Source of the DNA: Macrostomum lignano | Taxonomy: Eukaryota | NCBI GenBank assembly: GCA_002269645.1 | Contig: NIVC01003851.1 | Span: 1-43,427 of the forward strand | DNA length: 43,427 nucleotides | Direction of reading: 5' to 3' | Shown: positions 1 through 12,900 of the stretch, piece after piece | Layout of the letters: each line of letters opens with the position of its first letter | How positions within the stretch are numbered: the stretch's first letter is position 1 | Notes under the pieces: model-generated | What the model was told of the DNA's origin: nothing | What the model saw: the letters and a program-made list of their open reading frames with translations, nothing else | Databases searched by the model: none | Made by a program: the position numbers and the translations under genes

Positions 1-102
1 GGTCGACATCTGTGGGGTTGACATCTCCGACACCGAGTCCATTTCCCCAGTGCTGTCGTCCTCCTCAGAGGAGAAAATCATATCTCTTGTTAATCGAGAA
101 GG
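1..102 (-). CDS. KIF20: Kinesin tail exon, partial (PSRLTRDMIFSSEEDDSTGEMDS...)
   Basis: TTTTTTTCAG acceptor at 103-112; open in phase 0 to the window edge. Confidence 0.7.
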
Positions 103-3100
103 CTGAAAAAAAGAGTTTCAGATTGTCCGTCATAAATATATTAAAGCTGTTGTCTTTCTAGACACAAATGTATTTATTAAATACAATTTGTTTACAAGAA
201 ACACAAGCATGGTCTTAACAAATATTTAATACTGAAGAAAATACTGATAAATAAATAGCACATCCAATGAATACAGAATGAATCCAATGAATACAGATCC
301 ACAAGTTCATTCCTAAAAACGTCATTAAATTCTAATTTCCAAGAAACACGGATCCGTTAAGTTCATTTTCTAAGAATGAAATCAATTAATTCCATTTCAA
401 AAACAGAGATTAATAACTCATATCTAAGAAACGCTGATCAATAAATCGCATTTCTAAAGAAACGCAGATCAATAAATCGAAATGCAGATCAATAAATCGC
501 ATTTCTAAGAAACGCAGATCAATAAATCTCATTTCTAAGAAACGCTGATTAATAAATCTAATTTTTAAGGAACGCAGATTAATGAAATCATTTCTAAGAA
601 ACGCAGATCAATAAATATCATTTCTAAGAAACGCAGAAATAGATTAATAATCTAATTTTAAGAAACGCAGATCGATAAATCGCATTTCTAAGAAACGCAG
701 ATTAATAAATATAATTTCTAAGAAATGCAGATAAAAACTTATTTCTAAGAAACGCAGATCAATAAATCGCATTTCTAAGAAACGCAGATCGATAAATCTC
801 ATTTCTAAGAAACGCAGATGAATAAATCTCTTTTCTAAGAAACGCAGATCAATAAATCTCATTTCTAAGAAACGCAGATCAATAAATCTCATTTCTAAGA
901 AACGCAGATCAATAAATCTTATTTCTAGAAACGCAGATCTATAAATCTCATTTCTAAGAAACGCAGATCTATAAATCTCATTTCTAAGAAATGCAGATCA
1001 ATAATCGCATTTCTAAGAAACGCAAATCTATAAATCTCATTTCTAAGAAACGCAGATAGAAACGCAGATCAATAAATCTCATTTCTAAAAAATGCAGATC
1101 AATAAATCGCATTTCAAGAAACGCAGATCTATAAATCTCATTTCTAAGGAACGCAGATTAATAAATCTCTTTTCGAAGAAACAAAGAACTAAAACTCCCT
1201 AAAGTTCAAATTTTTGAATTTTTAAATTAAAAAAAACCAAAGGGAACTCACCCTAACCCGCTGCCGTTTAGTACCCGCTTTCACAGTGGCGGATGTCGTC
1301 GAGCAAGTCGAAGCTCTTGACGACAAACGCGGCGGCGGCGGGCGGCGGCAACTGGAGCTGCTCGATTTTATCCTGGAGCTTAGCGTTATCCAAATGAAGG
1401 CTGGCCACCTTAGCCATCTCGGCCTCCAACTCCCGTTGGGCCTTGGCTCGTTCGGCCAGCCTGTTATTCTCGGCCGCTTCAAGATTTCGCCGACTTTCAA
1501 GCCGGCGCTCTTCTAATTTGCGCCTATACGCGTCCTTCTCATCCTCCAGGTCGCGTTTGAGCACTTCTAAACGGCCCTGCAAGTCCGCTACGTTGCGTCT
1601 CGCAACCTCAGCTTCTGCCTCGGCAGCGGTTGCACGGTTCTCGACTATGAAGAGTGAGTTGGAGTTGTTGAGTCTTAATTATTGCGTCTAAGATTGAGGG
1701 GGGGGGGGTCGCCACACACACCCTCAATTACCTCCAGCGAATGCTGGCAACCCATTTTACAGCTGGGTGAACTGAAGCAATGCAGAGTTAAGCTGCTCAA
1801 GGACACAAATTGTTCCAAGTGGAATCGAACCCCGACCTTCAGGTCGTCAGTCCGACGCTCTAATCACTAGGCTACAAACCCCGGTGCCAGCAGCTTAGGC
1901 TCGATTTCAAGTGCAGTCACATTAATTTTTGGGCTTAAAATCGGAATCTCGGCTTGGCTCTGCTCGTGCAATTAACGCCCAGCTTGATGGCCAACCCTCA
2001 GGCACAAATCAAGGCTATGAAATGTACATAATAAGACTCACAGCCTGGATGAGCTGGCTAGTTTCTTTCGAACGTTGAGCTAACTGCTCTTTCAGCTCAT
2101 TAATCTGATTTTGTTTGGCTTGAATAGTATCTGTATCCGCTGATAGTTGCTCTTGGAGCTGTAATAAAATAATTTAGTTTTCGTATGTTTTTACTTACAG
2201 TAGACAAAATGCGAACTAGTCTACAAATTTAGTTGTGATTTTTTTATTTACCAACGTTATCCTTTCTTCAGAGTCCGTATTGTTCACGGAGAGGCGCTGC
2301 TTTAAATCAATCAGTAACTGATCTTTTTCAATAGATGCAACTGATTCAAGCTCCAGTTGTTGCTCCAGCTGTTGAGATCAAAGCATGGACTATTATAGAG
2401 CTTAGGAGAAACAGTACAAAAAATGCTTACTGGCTGTTTGTACAGGGATGGGACTAGCTGTTTGTACAAGGGTGGGACTAGCTGTTTGTACAGGGTTGGG
2501 ACTAGCCGTTTGTACAGGGGTGGGACTAGCTGTTTGTACAGGGATGGGACTAGCTGTTTGTACAGGGGTGGGACTAGCTGTTTGTACAGGGTTGGGACTA
2601 GCTGTTTGTACAGGGGTGGGACTAGCTGTTTGTACAGAGGTGAGACTAGCTGTGTGGTACAGAGGTGGGACTAGCTGTTTGTACAGGGATGGGACTAGCT
2701 GTGTGGTACAGAGGTGGGACTAGCTGTTTGTACAGGGATGGGACTAGCTGTTTGTACAGGGATGGGACTAGCTGTGTGGTACAGAGGTGGGACTAGCTGT
2801 TTGTACAGGGATGGGACTAGCTGTGTGGTACAGGGGTGGGACTAGCTGTGTGGTACAGGGGTGGGACTAGCTGTGTGATACAGGGGTGGGACTAGCTGTT
2901 TGTACAGGGTTGGGACTAGCTGTTTGTACAGGGGTGGGACTAGCTGTTTGTACAGAGGTGAGACTAGCTGTGGTACAGGGATGGGACTAGCTGTGTGGTA
3001 CAGGGGTGGGACTAGCTGTGTGGTACAGGGGTGGGACTAGCTGTGTGGTACAGGGGTGGGACTAGCTGTTTGTACAGGGATGGGACTAGCTGTGTGGTAC

Positions 3101-3859
3101 AGGGGTGGGACTAGCTGTGTGGTACAGGGGTGGGACTAGCTGTGTGGTACAGGGCTGGGACTAGCTGTGTGGTACAGGGCTGGACTAGCTGTGTGATACA
3201 GGGGTGGGACTAGCTGTGTGGTACAGGGGTGGGACTAGCTGTGTGGTACAGGGGTGGGACTAGCTGTGTGATACAGGGGTGGGACTAGCTGTGTGGTACA
3301 GGGGTGGGACTAGCTGTGTGGTACAGGGGTGGGACTAGCTGTGTGGTACAGGGGTGGGACTAGCTGTGTGGTACAGGGGTGGGACTAGCTGTGTGGTACA
3401 GGGGTGGGACTAGCTGTGTGGTACAGGGGTGGGACTACAGAGCACTCACCGAATGAATTTTCTCAGCATTTTCGGCTTCTTTGTTTGCAATTTGCTGCCG
3501 CAGTTCATTCAGCTCAGTTTCCTTTGCATCGAGCTTGACTTGCCCAGCAACTAGCTCATCTCGGAGCTAGAATTGTGGAAATATATGCGAATAAATTTAA
3601 TAAGTTTAACAAGTATAAATTAAACATGGGATTTCATTTCTGCTAAGAGCGAACCTGCAAAAATTACAAAAAAACATAAATTCTATAAACAGAAGATAGC
3701 GAGCGGAAACGAAATCATAAATCATTTTTCCGGAACAAGCATGTACAAGCCTACTAAGACAAGTTAAATGAAAGTCAGACAGAAAAGAAACTAGGATGGA
3801 CAGGCCAAAACAAAAATACAGTCATTTAAAAAAAATGTACTAAAACAGAAAAGGCCGAT

Positions 3860-3916
<57 letters not shown>

Positions 3917-6900
3917 AAGAAGACGAAGACGCTCGAGTTAGTTAATACGAGCTATTATCAGACTTTTTTGGGATAAGTTACCATATGTTCCCAGATGTGA
4001 CACACTGTTTCCCATATGTGACACCATGTTCCCATATCGGACACCCTGTTCCCATCTGACACCATGTTCCCATATCGGACACCCTGTTCCCATATGTGAC
4101 ACCCTGTTCCCATATCGGACACTCTGTTTCCCATCTGACACCCTGTTTCCCATCTGACACCCTGTTTCCCATCTAACACCGTTTCCCATCTGACACCCTG
4201 TTACCCATCTGACACCCTGTTTCCCATCTGACACCCCGTTTCCCATCTAACACCGTTTCCCATCTGACACCCTGTTTCCCATCTGACACCCTGTTTTTCA
4301 TCTGACACCCTGTTTCCCATCTGACACCCTGTTTCCCATCTGACACCCTGTTTTTCATCAGACACCCTGTTTCCCATCTGACACTTTGTTTAACATCTGA
4401 CACCCTGTCTCCCATCTGACACCCTGTTTAACATCTGACACCCTGTCTCCCATCTGACACCCTGTTCCGATATCTGACACCCTGTTCCGATATCTGACAC
4501 ACTGTTTCGCATCTGACACCCTGTTTCGCATCTGACACCCTGTTTCCCATCTGACACCCTGTTTCCCATCTGACACCCTGTTTCCATATCTGACACCCTG
4601 TTTAACATCTGACACCCTGTTTCCCATCTGACACCCTGTTCCCATATCTGACACCAGATCCTATATCTGACACCTTTTTTTATCTGACACCCTGTCTCCC
4701 ATCTGACACCCTGTCTCCCATCTGACACACTGTCTGCATATCTGACACCCTGTCTCCCATCTGACACCCCGTCTAAAGCTCATTTTCTTAAGCTCACCTG
4801 CTTAAGCTGATTCTCAGCTTCAGACTCAGCTTCATCCAGCCGACGCCGAAGCTCCAGCAGCTGCTCATCCTTTGCTGAGGACTCCGCCGAAATGGACTCC
4901 AACTTCGCTTCAGACTGGCGGAGCTTCTCAACCTTCAATGAAAAACAATAGGTTGATAAAAAATAAGAGACGAGTCCCAACTCCCACACGCTTGCTTACC
5001 GTCTCATTCAGTTCGATAGAGAGCTTATCACTGTCACGTGACTTTTCTGCCAATTGCGACTGGAGTTGGGCTAGCTGCTGATTTAGCTGAAATGAATGTT
5101 CAAAATGGCTCAATTATTTTACTGAGGCTAATAATATATTTGTAATACTTTAATAGCACTAATTTGCTAACCACTTCTATTCGCTTATCAAGTTTTCGTA
5201 TTTGGTAATTTTTCAGGTTTCTTGAAAATCCTCCTTTTTGGCAATTTTTCGGGTGTGTTGAAAATCCTTATATTTCGGCAAATTTTGGGGTCTGTTGAAA
5301 ATCCACCTATTTCGGCAATTTTTCGGGTTTGTTAAAATCCTCAGATTTGCAGCAATTTTTCGGGTTTGTTAAAATTCTCAGATTTGCAGCAATTTTTCGG
5401 GTTTGTTAAAATCCTCAGATTTGCAGCAATTTTTCGGGTTTGTTAAAATCCTCAGATTTGCAGCAATTTTTTGTGTTTGTTGAAAATCCTCAGAGTTCAG
5501 CAATTTTTCGGGTTTCTTGAAAATCCTAAGATTTCAGCAATTTTTCGGGTTTCCCGAAAATCCTCAGAGTTCAGCAATTTTTCAGGTTTGTTTAGGATAC
5601 TTACATTTCGGAAACTTTTCTGAATCGTTGAAAATCCTCATTGGTAATTTTCAGGTTTTTTTAATTTTTTAATATTTCATATGTCTCACCCTGTTTCCCA
5701 TCTGACACCATGATCCCACATCTGACACCCTGTTCCCATATCTGACACCTGATCCCACATCTGACACCCTGTTTCTCATCTGACACCCTGTTTCCCATCT
5801 GACACCCTGTTTTCATATCTGACACCAGATCCTATATCTGACACCCTGTACCCATATCTGACACCTGATCCAATATCAGACACCTGATCCCACATCTGAC
5901 ACCATGATCCCATATCTGACACCCTGTTCCCATATCTGACACCTGATCCCACATCTGACACCCTGTTCCCATATCTGACACCTGATCCCACATCTGACAC
6001 CCTGTTTCCCATCTGACACCATGATCCCACATCTGACACCCTGTTTCCCATCTGACACCATGATCCCACATCTGACACCCTGTTTCCCATCTGACACCAT
6101 GATCCCACATCTGACACCCTGTTTCCCATCTGACACCATGATCCCACATCTGACACCCTGTTTCCCATCTGACACCATGATCCCACATCTGACACCCTGT
6201 TTCCCATCTGACACCATGATCCCACATCTGACACCCTGTTTCCCATCTGACCCCATGATCCCACATCTGACACCCTGTTTCCCATCTGACACCATGATCC
6301 CACATCTGACACCCTGTTTTTCATCTGACACCATGATCCCACATCTGACACCCTGTTTCCCATCTGACACCATGATCCCACATCTGACACCCTGTTTCCC
6401 ATCTGACACCCTGTCTCCCATCTGACACCCTGTTTCCCATCTGACACCATGATCCCACATCTGACACCCTGTTTCCCATCTGACACCATGATCCCACATC
6501 TGACACCCTGTTTCCCATCTGACACCATGATCCCACATCTGACACCCTGTTTCCCATCTGACACCATGATCCCACATCTGACACCCTGTTTCCCATCTGA
6601 CACCATGATCCCACATCTGACACCCTGTTCCCATATCTGACACCTGATCCAATATCAGACACCTGATCCCACATCTGACACCTGATCCCACATCTGACAC
6701 CCTGTTCCCATATCTGACACCTGATCCCACATCTGACACCCTGTTTCTCATCTGACACCCTGTTTCCCATCTGACACCCTGTTCTTTTATCTGACACCCT
6801 GTTCCTTTATCTGACACCCTGTTTTCCATCTGACACCCTGTCTCCCATCTGACACCCTGTTTCCCATCTGACACCTGATCCCATATCTGACAGCCTGTTT

Positions 6901-9900
6901 CTCATCTGACACCCTGTTTCCCATCTGACACCCTGTTCCTTTATCTGACACCCTGTTCCTTTATCTGACACCCTGTTTCCCATCTGACACCCTGTTCCTT
7001 TATCTGACACCCTGTTTTCCATCTGACACCATGATCCCATATCTGACACCCTGTTCCCATATCTGACACCTGATCCCAAATCTGACACCCTGTTTCTCAT
7101 CTGACACCCTGTTTCCCATCTGACACCCTGTTCTTTTATCTGACACCCTGTTCCTTTATCTGACACCCTGTTTTCCATCTGACACCCTGTCTCCCATCTG
7201 ACACCCTGTTTCCCATCTGACACCTGATCCCATATCTGACAGCCTGTTTCTCATCTGACACCCTGTTTCCCATCTGACACCCTGTTCCTTTATCTGACAC
7301 CCTGTTTCCCATCTGACACCCTGTTCCTTTATCTGACACCCTGTTCCTTTATCTGACACCCTGTTTTCCATCTGACACCCTGTTTTCCATCTGACACCCT
7401 GTCTCCCATCTGACACCCTGTTTCCCATCTGACACCTGATCCCATATCTGACAGCCTGTTTCTCATCTGACACCCTGTTTCCCATCTGACACCCTGTTCC
7501 TTTATCTGACACCCTGTTTCCCATCTGACACCCTGTTCCTTTATCTGACACCCTGTTCCTTTATCTGACACCCTGTTTTCCATCTGACACCCTGTCTCCC
7601 ATCTGACACCCTGTTTCCCATCTGACACCTGATCCCATATCTGACAGCCTGTTCTCACATCTGACACCTGATCCCATATCTGACACCATGATCCCAAATC
7701 TGACACCTGATACCATATCTGACACCTGATCCTATATCTGACACCAGTTCCCATATCTGACACCCTGTTCCCATATCTGACACCTGATCCCACATCTGAC
7801 ACCCTGTTTAACATCTGACACCCTGTCTCCCATCTGACACCCTGTTTCCCATCTGACACCCTGTTTAACATCTGACACCCTGTTTAACATCTGACACCCT
7901 GTCTCCTATCTGACACCCTGTTCCCATATCTGACACCTGATCTTATATCTGACACCCTGTTCCTTTATCTGACACTCTGTTTTCCATCTGACACCCTGCC
8001 TAAAGCTCATTATCTTAAACTCACCTGCTTAAGCTGATCCTCAGCTTCCGACTCAGCTTCATCCAGCCGACGCTGAAGCTCCAGCAGCTGCTCATCCTTT
8101 GCTGAGGACTCCGCCGAAATGGACTCCAACTTCGCTTCAGACTGGCGGAGCTTCTCAACCTTCAATGAAAAACAATAAGTTGATAAAAAATAAGAGAAGA
8201 GCCCCAACTCCCACACGCTTGCTTACCGTCTCATTCAGTTCGATAGAGAGCTTATCACTGTCACGTGACTTTTCTGCCAATTGCGACTGGAGTTGGGCTA
8301 GCTGCTGATTTAGCTGAAATGAATGTTCAAAATTGCATCTGCATCTGACACCCTGTTCCCACATCTGACACCTGATCCTATATCTGACACCTGATCCCAT
8401 ATCTGACAGCCTGTTCCCACATCTGACACCTGATCCCATATCTGACACCATGATCCCAAATCTGACACCTGATACCATATCTGACACCTGATCCTATATC
8501 TGACACCTGATCCAATACCTGACACCATGATCCTATATCTGACACCTGATCCCATATCTGACACCCTGTTCCGATATCTGACACACTGTTTCGCATCTGA
8601 CACCCTGTTTCCCATCTGACACCCTGTTTAACATCTGACACCCTGTTTAACATCTGACACCCTGTTTAACATCTGGCACCCTGTTTAACATCAGACACCC
8701 TGTTTAACATCTGACACCCTGTTTAACATCTGACACCCTGTTCCCATATCTGACACCTGATCTTATATCTGACACCCTGTTTCCCATTTGACACCCTGTT
8801 CCCATATCTGACACCCTGTCTCCCATCTGACACCCTGTTTCCCATCTGACACCCTGTTTCCCATCTGACACCCTGTTTCCCATCTGACACCCTGTTCCCA
8901 TATCTGACACCAGATCCTATATCTGACACCTTTTTTATCTGACACCCTGTCTGCATATCTGACACACTGTCTCCCATCTGACACCCCGTCTAAAGCTCAT
9001 TTTCTTAAGCTCACCTGCTTAAGCTGATTCTCAGCTTCAGACTCAGCTTCATCCAGCCGACGCCGAAGCTCCAGCAGCTGCTCATCCTTTGCTGAGGACT
9101 CCGCCGAAATGGACTCCAACTTCGCTTCAGACTGGCGGAGCTTCTCAACCTTCAATGAAAAACAATAAGTTGATAAAAAATAAGAGACGAGTCCCAACTC
9201 CCACACGCTTGCTTACCGTCTCATTCAGTTCGATAGAGAGCTTATCACTGTCACGTGACTTTTCTGCCAATTGCGACTGGAGTTGGGCTAGCTGCTGATT
9301 TAGCTGAAATGAATGTTCAAAATTGCATCTGACACCCTGTTTTCCATCTGACACCCTGTTCCCATATTTGACACCAGATCCTATATCTGACACCTTTTTT
9401 TATCTGACACCCTGTCTCCCATCTGACACACTGTCTGAATATCTGACACCCTGTTTTCCATCTGACACCCTGTTTTCCATCTGACACCCTGCCTAAAGCT
9501 AATTTTCTTCAACTCACCTGCTTAAGCTGATTCTCAGCTTCCGACTCAGCTTCATCCAGCCGTCGCTGAAGCTCCAGCAGCTGCTCATCCTTTGCTGAGG
9601 ACTCCGCCGAAATGGACTCCAACTTCGCTTCAGACTGGCGGAGCTTCTCAACCTTCAATGAAAAACAATAAGTTGATAAAAAATAAGAGAAGAGCCCCAA
9701 CTCCCACACGCTTGCTTACCGTCTCATTCAGTTCGATAGAGAGCTTATCACTGTCACGTGACTTTTCTGCCAATTGCGACTGGAGTTGGGCTAGCTGCTG
9801 ATTTAGCTGAAATGAATGTTCAAAATTGCATCTGCATCTGACACCCTGTTCCCACATCTGACACCTGATCCTATATCTGACACCTGATCCCATATCTGAC

Positions 9901-12900
9901 AGCCTGTTCCCACATCTGACACCTGATCCCATATCTGACACCATGATCCCAAATCTGACACCTGATACCATATCTGACACCTGATCCAATACCTGACACC
10001 ATGATCCTATATCTGACACCTGATCCCATATCTGACACCCTGTTCCGATATCTGACACACTGTTTCGCATCTGACACCCTGTTTCCCATCTGACACCCTG
10101 TTTAACATCTGACACCCTGTTTAACATCTGACACCCTGTTTAACATCTGACACCCTGTTTAACATCTGACACCCTGTTTAACATCTGACACCCTGTCTCC
10201 CTTCTGACACCCTGTTTAACATCTGACACCCTGTTTAACATCTGACACCCTGTTTAACATCTGACACCCTGTTTAACATCTGACACCCTGTTTAACATCT
10301 GACACCCTGTCTCCCATCTGACACCCTGTTCCCATATCTGACACCTGATCTTATATCTGACACCCTGTTTCCTATTTGACACCCTGTTCCCATATCTGAC
10401 ACCCTGTCTCCCATCTGACACCCTGTCTAAAGCTCATTTTCTTAAACTCACCTGCTTAAGCTGATTCTCAGCTTCCGACTCAGCTTCATCCAGCCGACGC
10501 TGAAGCTCCAGCAGCTGCTCATCCTTTGCTGAGGACTCCGCCGAAATGGACTCCAACTTCGCTTCAGACTGGCGGAGCTTCTCAACCTTCAATGAAAAAC
10601 AATAAGTTGATAAAAAATAAGAGAAGAGCCCCAACTCCCACACGCTTGCTCACCGTCTCATTCAGTTCGATAGAGAGCTTATCACTGTCACGTGACTTTT
10701 CTGCCAATTGCGACTGGAGTTGGGCTAGCTGCTGATTTAGCTGAAATGAATGTTCAAAATGGCTCAATTATTTTACTGAGGCTAATAATATATTTGTAAT
10801 ACTTCAATAGCACTAATTTGCTAACCACTTCTATTCGCTTATCAAGTTTTCGTATTTGGCAATTTGTCGGTTCTGTTGAAAATCCTTAAATTTTCGGCTA
10901 ATTTTCGGGTTTTTTGAAAATCCTTATATTTCAGCAATTTTCAGGTTTGCTAAAAATATCAACTAATGGGTGTTGCCTAGAGTTTCTGTATATAAATCAT
11001 TTTATTGATCAGTAATTGAAAAAATGAGCTCACTAAATCTGATGATTTGCTAGAGGCATCAACTCCGCTCTGAGAAGATTCCAGCTGGTCTTTCAGCTCC
11101 AGCAGCTGTTGATTGAGCTGAAGCAGGCGTTCAGAGACGAAAAAGCATTTTACTTGAGCCTAATGTTAGTAATGAAAGTTAAGCATCTGGGAGGCTGGTG
11201 GCCCAGCAACTGGGGATCTGGGAGGCTGGTGGCCCAGCAACTGGGGATCTGGGAGGCTGGCCCAGCAACTGAGGATCTGGGAGGCTAGTGGCCCAGCAAC
11301 TGGGGATCTGGGAGGCTGGTGGCCCAGCAACTGGGGATCTGGGAGGCTGGTGGCCCAGCAACTGGGGATCTGGGAGGCTGGCCCAGCAACTGAGGATCTG
11401 GGAGGCTGATGGCCCAGCAACTGAGGATCTGGGAGGCTGTTGGCCCAGCAACTGGGGATCTGGGAGGCTGGTGGCCCAGCAACTGGGGATCTGGGAGGCT
11501 GTTGGCCCAGCAATTGAGGATCTGGGAGGCTGGTGGCCCTGCAACTGGGGATCTGGGAGGCTGGCCCAGCAACTGAGGATCTGGGAGGCTGGTGGCCCAG
11601 CAACTGGGGATCTGGGAGGCTGGTGGCCCAGCAACTGGGGATCTGGGAGGCTGTTGGCCCAGCAATTGAGGATCTGGGAGGCTGGTGGCCCTGCAACTGA
11701 GGATCTGGGAGGCTGGTAGCCCAGCAATTGAGGATCTGGGAGGCTGTTGGCCCAGCAATTGAGGATCTGGGAGGCTGGTAGCCCAGCAACTGAGGATCTG
11801 GGAGGCTGGTAGCCCAGCAATTGAGGATCTGGGAGGCTGTTGGCCCAGCAATTGAGGATCTGGGAGGCTGGCCCAGCAACTGAGGATCTGGGAGGCTGGC
11901 CCAGCAACTGAGGATCTGGGAGGCTGGCCCAGCAACTGAGGATCTGGGAGGCTGTTGGCCCAGCAACTGAGGATCTGGGAGGCTGGTGGTCCAGCAACTG
12001 AGGATCTGGGAGGCTGGTGGCCCAGCAACTGAGGATCTGGGAGGCTGGCCCAGCAACTGAGGATCTGGGAGGCTGGTGGTCCAGCAACTGGGGATCTGGG
12101 AGGCTGGCAGCAGCCAAAGCCCTATAATACTGCCATAAGTAGTATATCGTTAGTATAAGTATCATACCTGCTGCAACTGGGCCTCAGCCTGCGAGCTAAT
12201 TCGTAGAACTTGCTCATTCATCTCTTCTAGTTTGGCGTCCTTAGCCTTGGAATCGGCCATTTCTTCGCGGAGTTTCTGGACGAGCTGGCAAATGATTAAA
12301 GAATAGAAATTTGAAACGGAGATTCTTCAAAGAAGAAAGCGTATTCTTCTTTAACAAACTATTGCTTATTGGACTAGATCACCCTTTCTACATCTCTTCC
12401 ACGAGTCTTAATTATGTATTAAGCATTTAGCTACGGTATCTACCCAATTCTATCTCCCAGCCACTGAGCACTTCTCATGAACATCGTCAATGCATAAGAA
12501 TATTAATACGAAAACCAAATATCTAAGCAACACGGTAGTGATCACTCACGCATTCAACTCTTTCCTCTAGATCAACATCAGCCTTAGCAGCCTCTTTCAA
12601 ATGCTCGTTAGCCATTTGGCAGCAGCTTTGATCGGATTCAATGTTCTTAGCAGTATAAGCTTCATTGTCTATGGCATCGGCAGATTTAGCAGCGGGCTCT
12701 GATCCTTGTTCGGCATGCCCGAGGGCTTCGATGCGACTCCTTAACTGGCTGATGGTTTCCGCCTGGGTGCAAGTGGTGCATTTTCAGAGAGAGTCATTCA
12801 TATGCTTTGACTGTTCCTCGTGTCTACCTTCTCCTCCTCTCCCATCTCCGCTCTCCCCTCTACCATCTCCTATCTCCCTTCTCCCATCTCATATCTCCCT

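Larger units (their letters stand above)
3975..10425. repeat. 19-20-bp satellite ATCTGACACCCTGTTTCCC and variants (blocks 3975-4771, 5685-7998, 8331-8988, 9325-9490, 9829-10425)
   Basis: Hundreds of units with a fixed ATCTGACAC core; 39-bp higher-order dimer at about 5990-6620; interrupted by the repeated exon pairs. Confidence 0.95.

Noticed and set aside
644-892. RFIDLRFLEM-repeat protein
   Set aside because: Translation of the 30-bp satellite.
1268-1270. TAA at 1268 as the kinesin stop
   Set aside because: The alternate frame reaches a consensus donor and an open phase-0 exon at 1-102, so the gene probably continues.
1810-1882. tRNA gene
   Set aside because: A/B boxes are present but there is no convincing cloverleaf, and the body continues into a repeated element, so it is a SINE head. 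The same applies at 18511.
3938-10127. Many 60-330 aa ORFs with SDGKQGVR or WETGCQM periodicity
   Set aside because: They are translations of the 19-20-bp intronic satellite, open in several frames and on both strands.
4780-10767. CRISPR-like repeat-spacer reading of the five-copy array
   Set aside because: The repeats are ~330-bp spliceosomal exon cassettes, the spacers are satellite, the context is eukaryotic and there are no cas genes.
11166-12165. Long Pro-rich ORFs in all three minus-strand frames
   Set aside because: All three frames give the same peptide because of the mixed 28/31-bp unit, and the array lies between valid splice sites.
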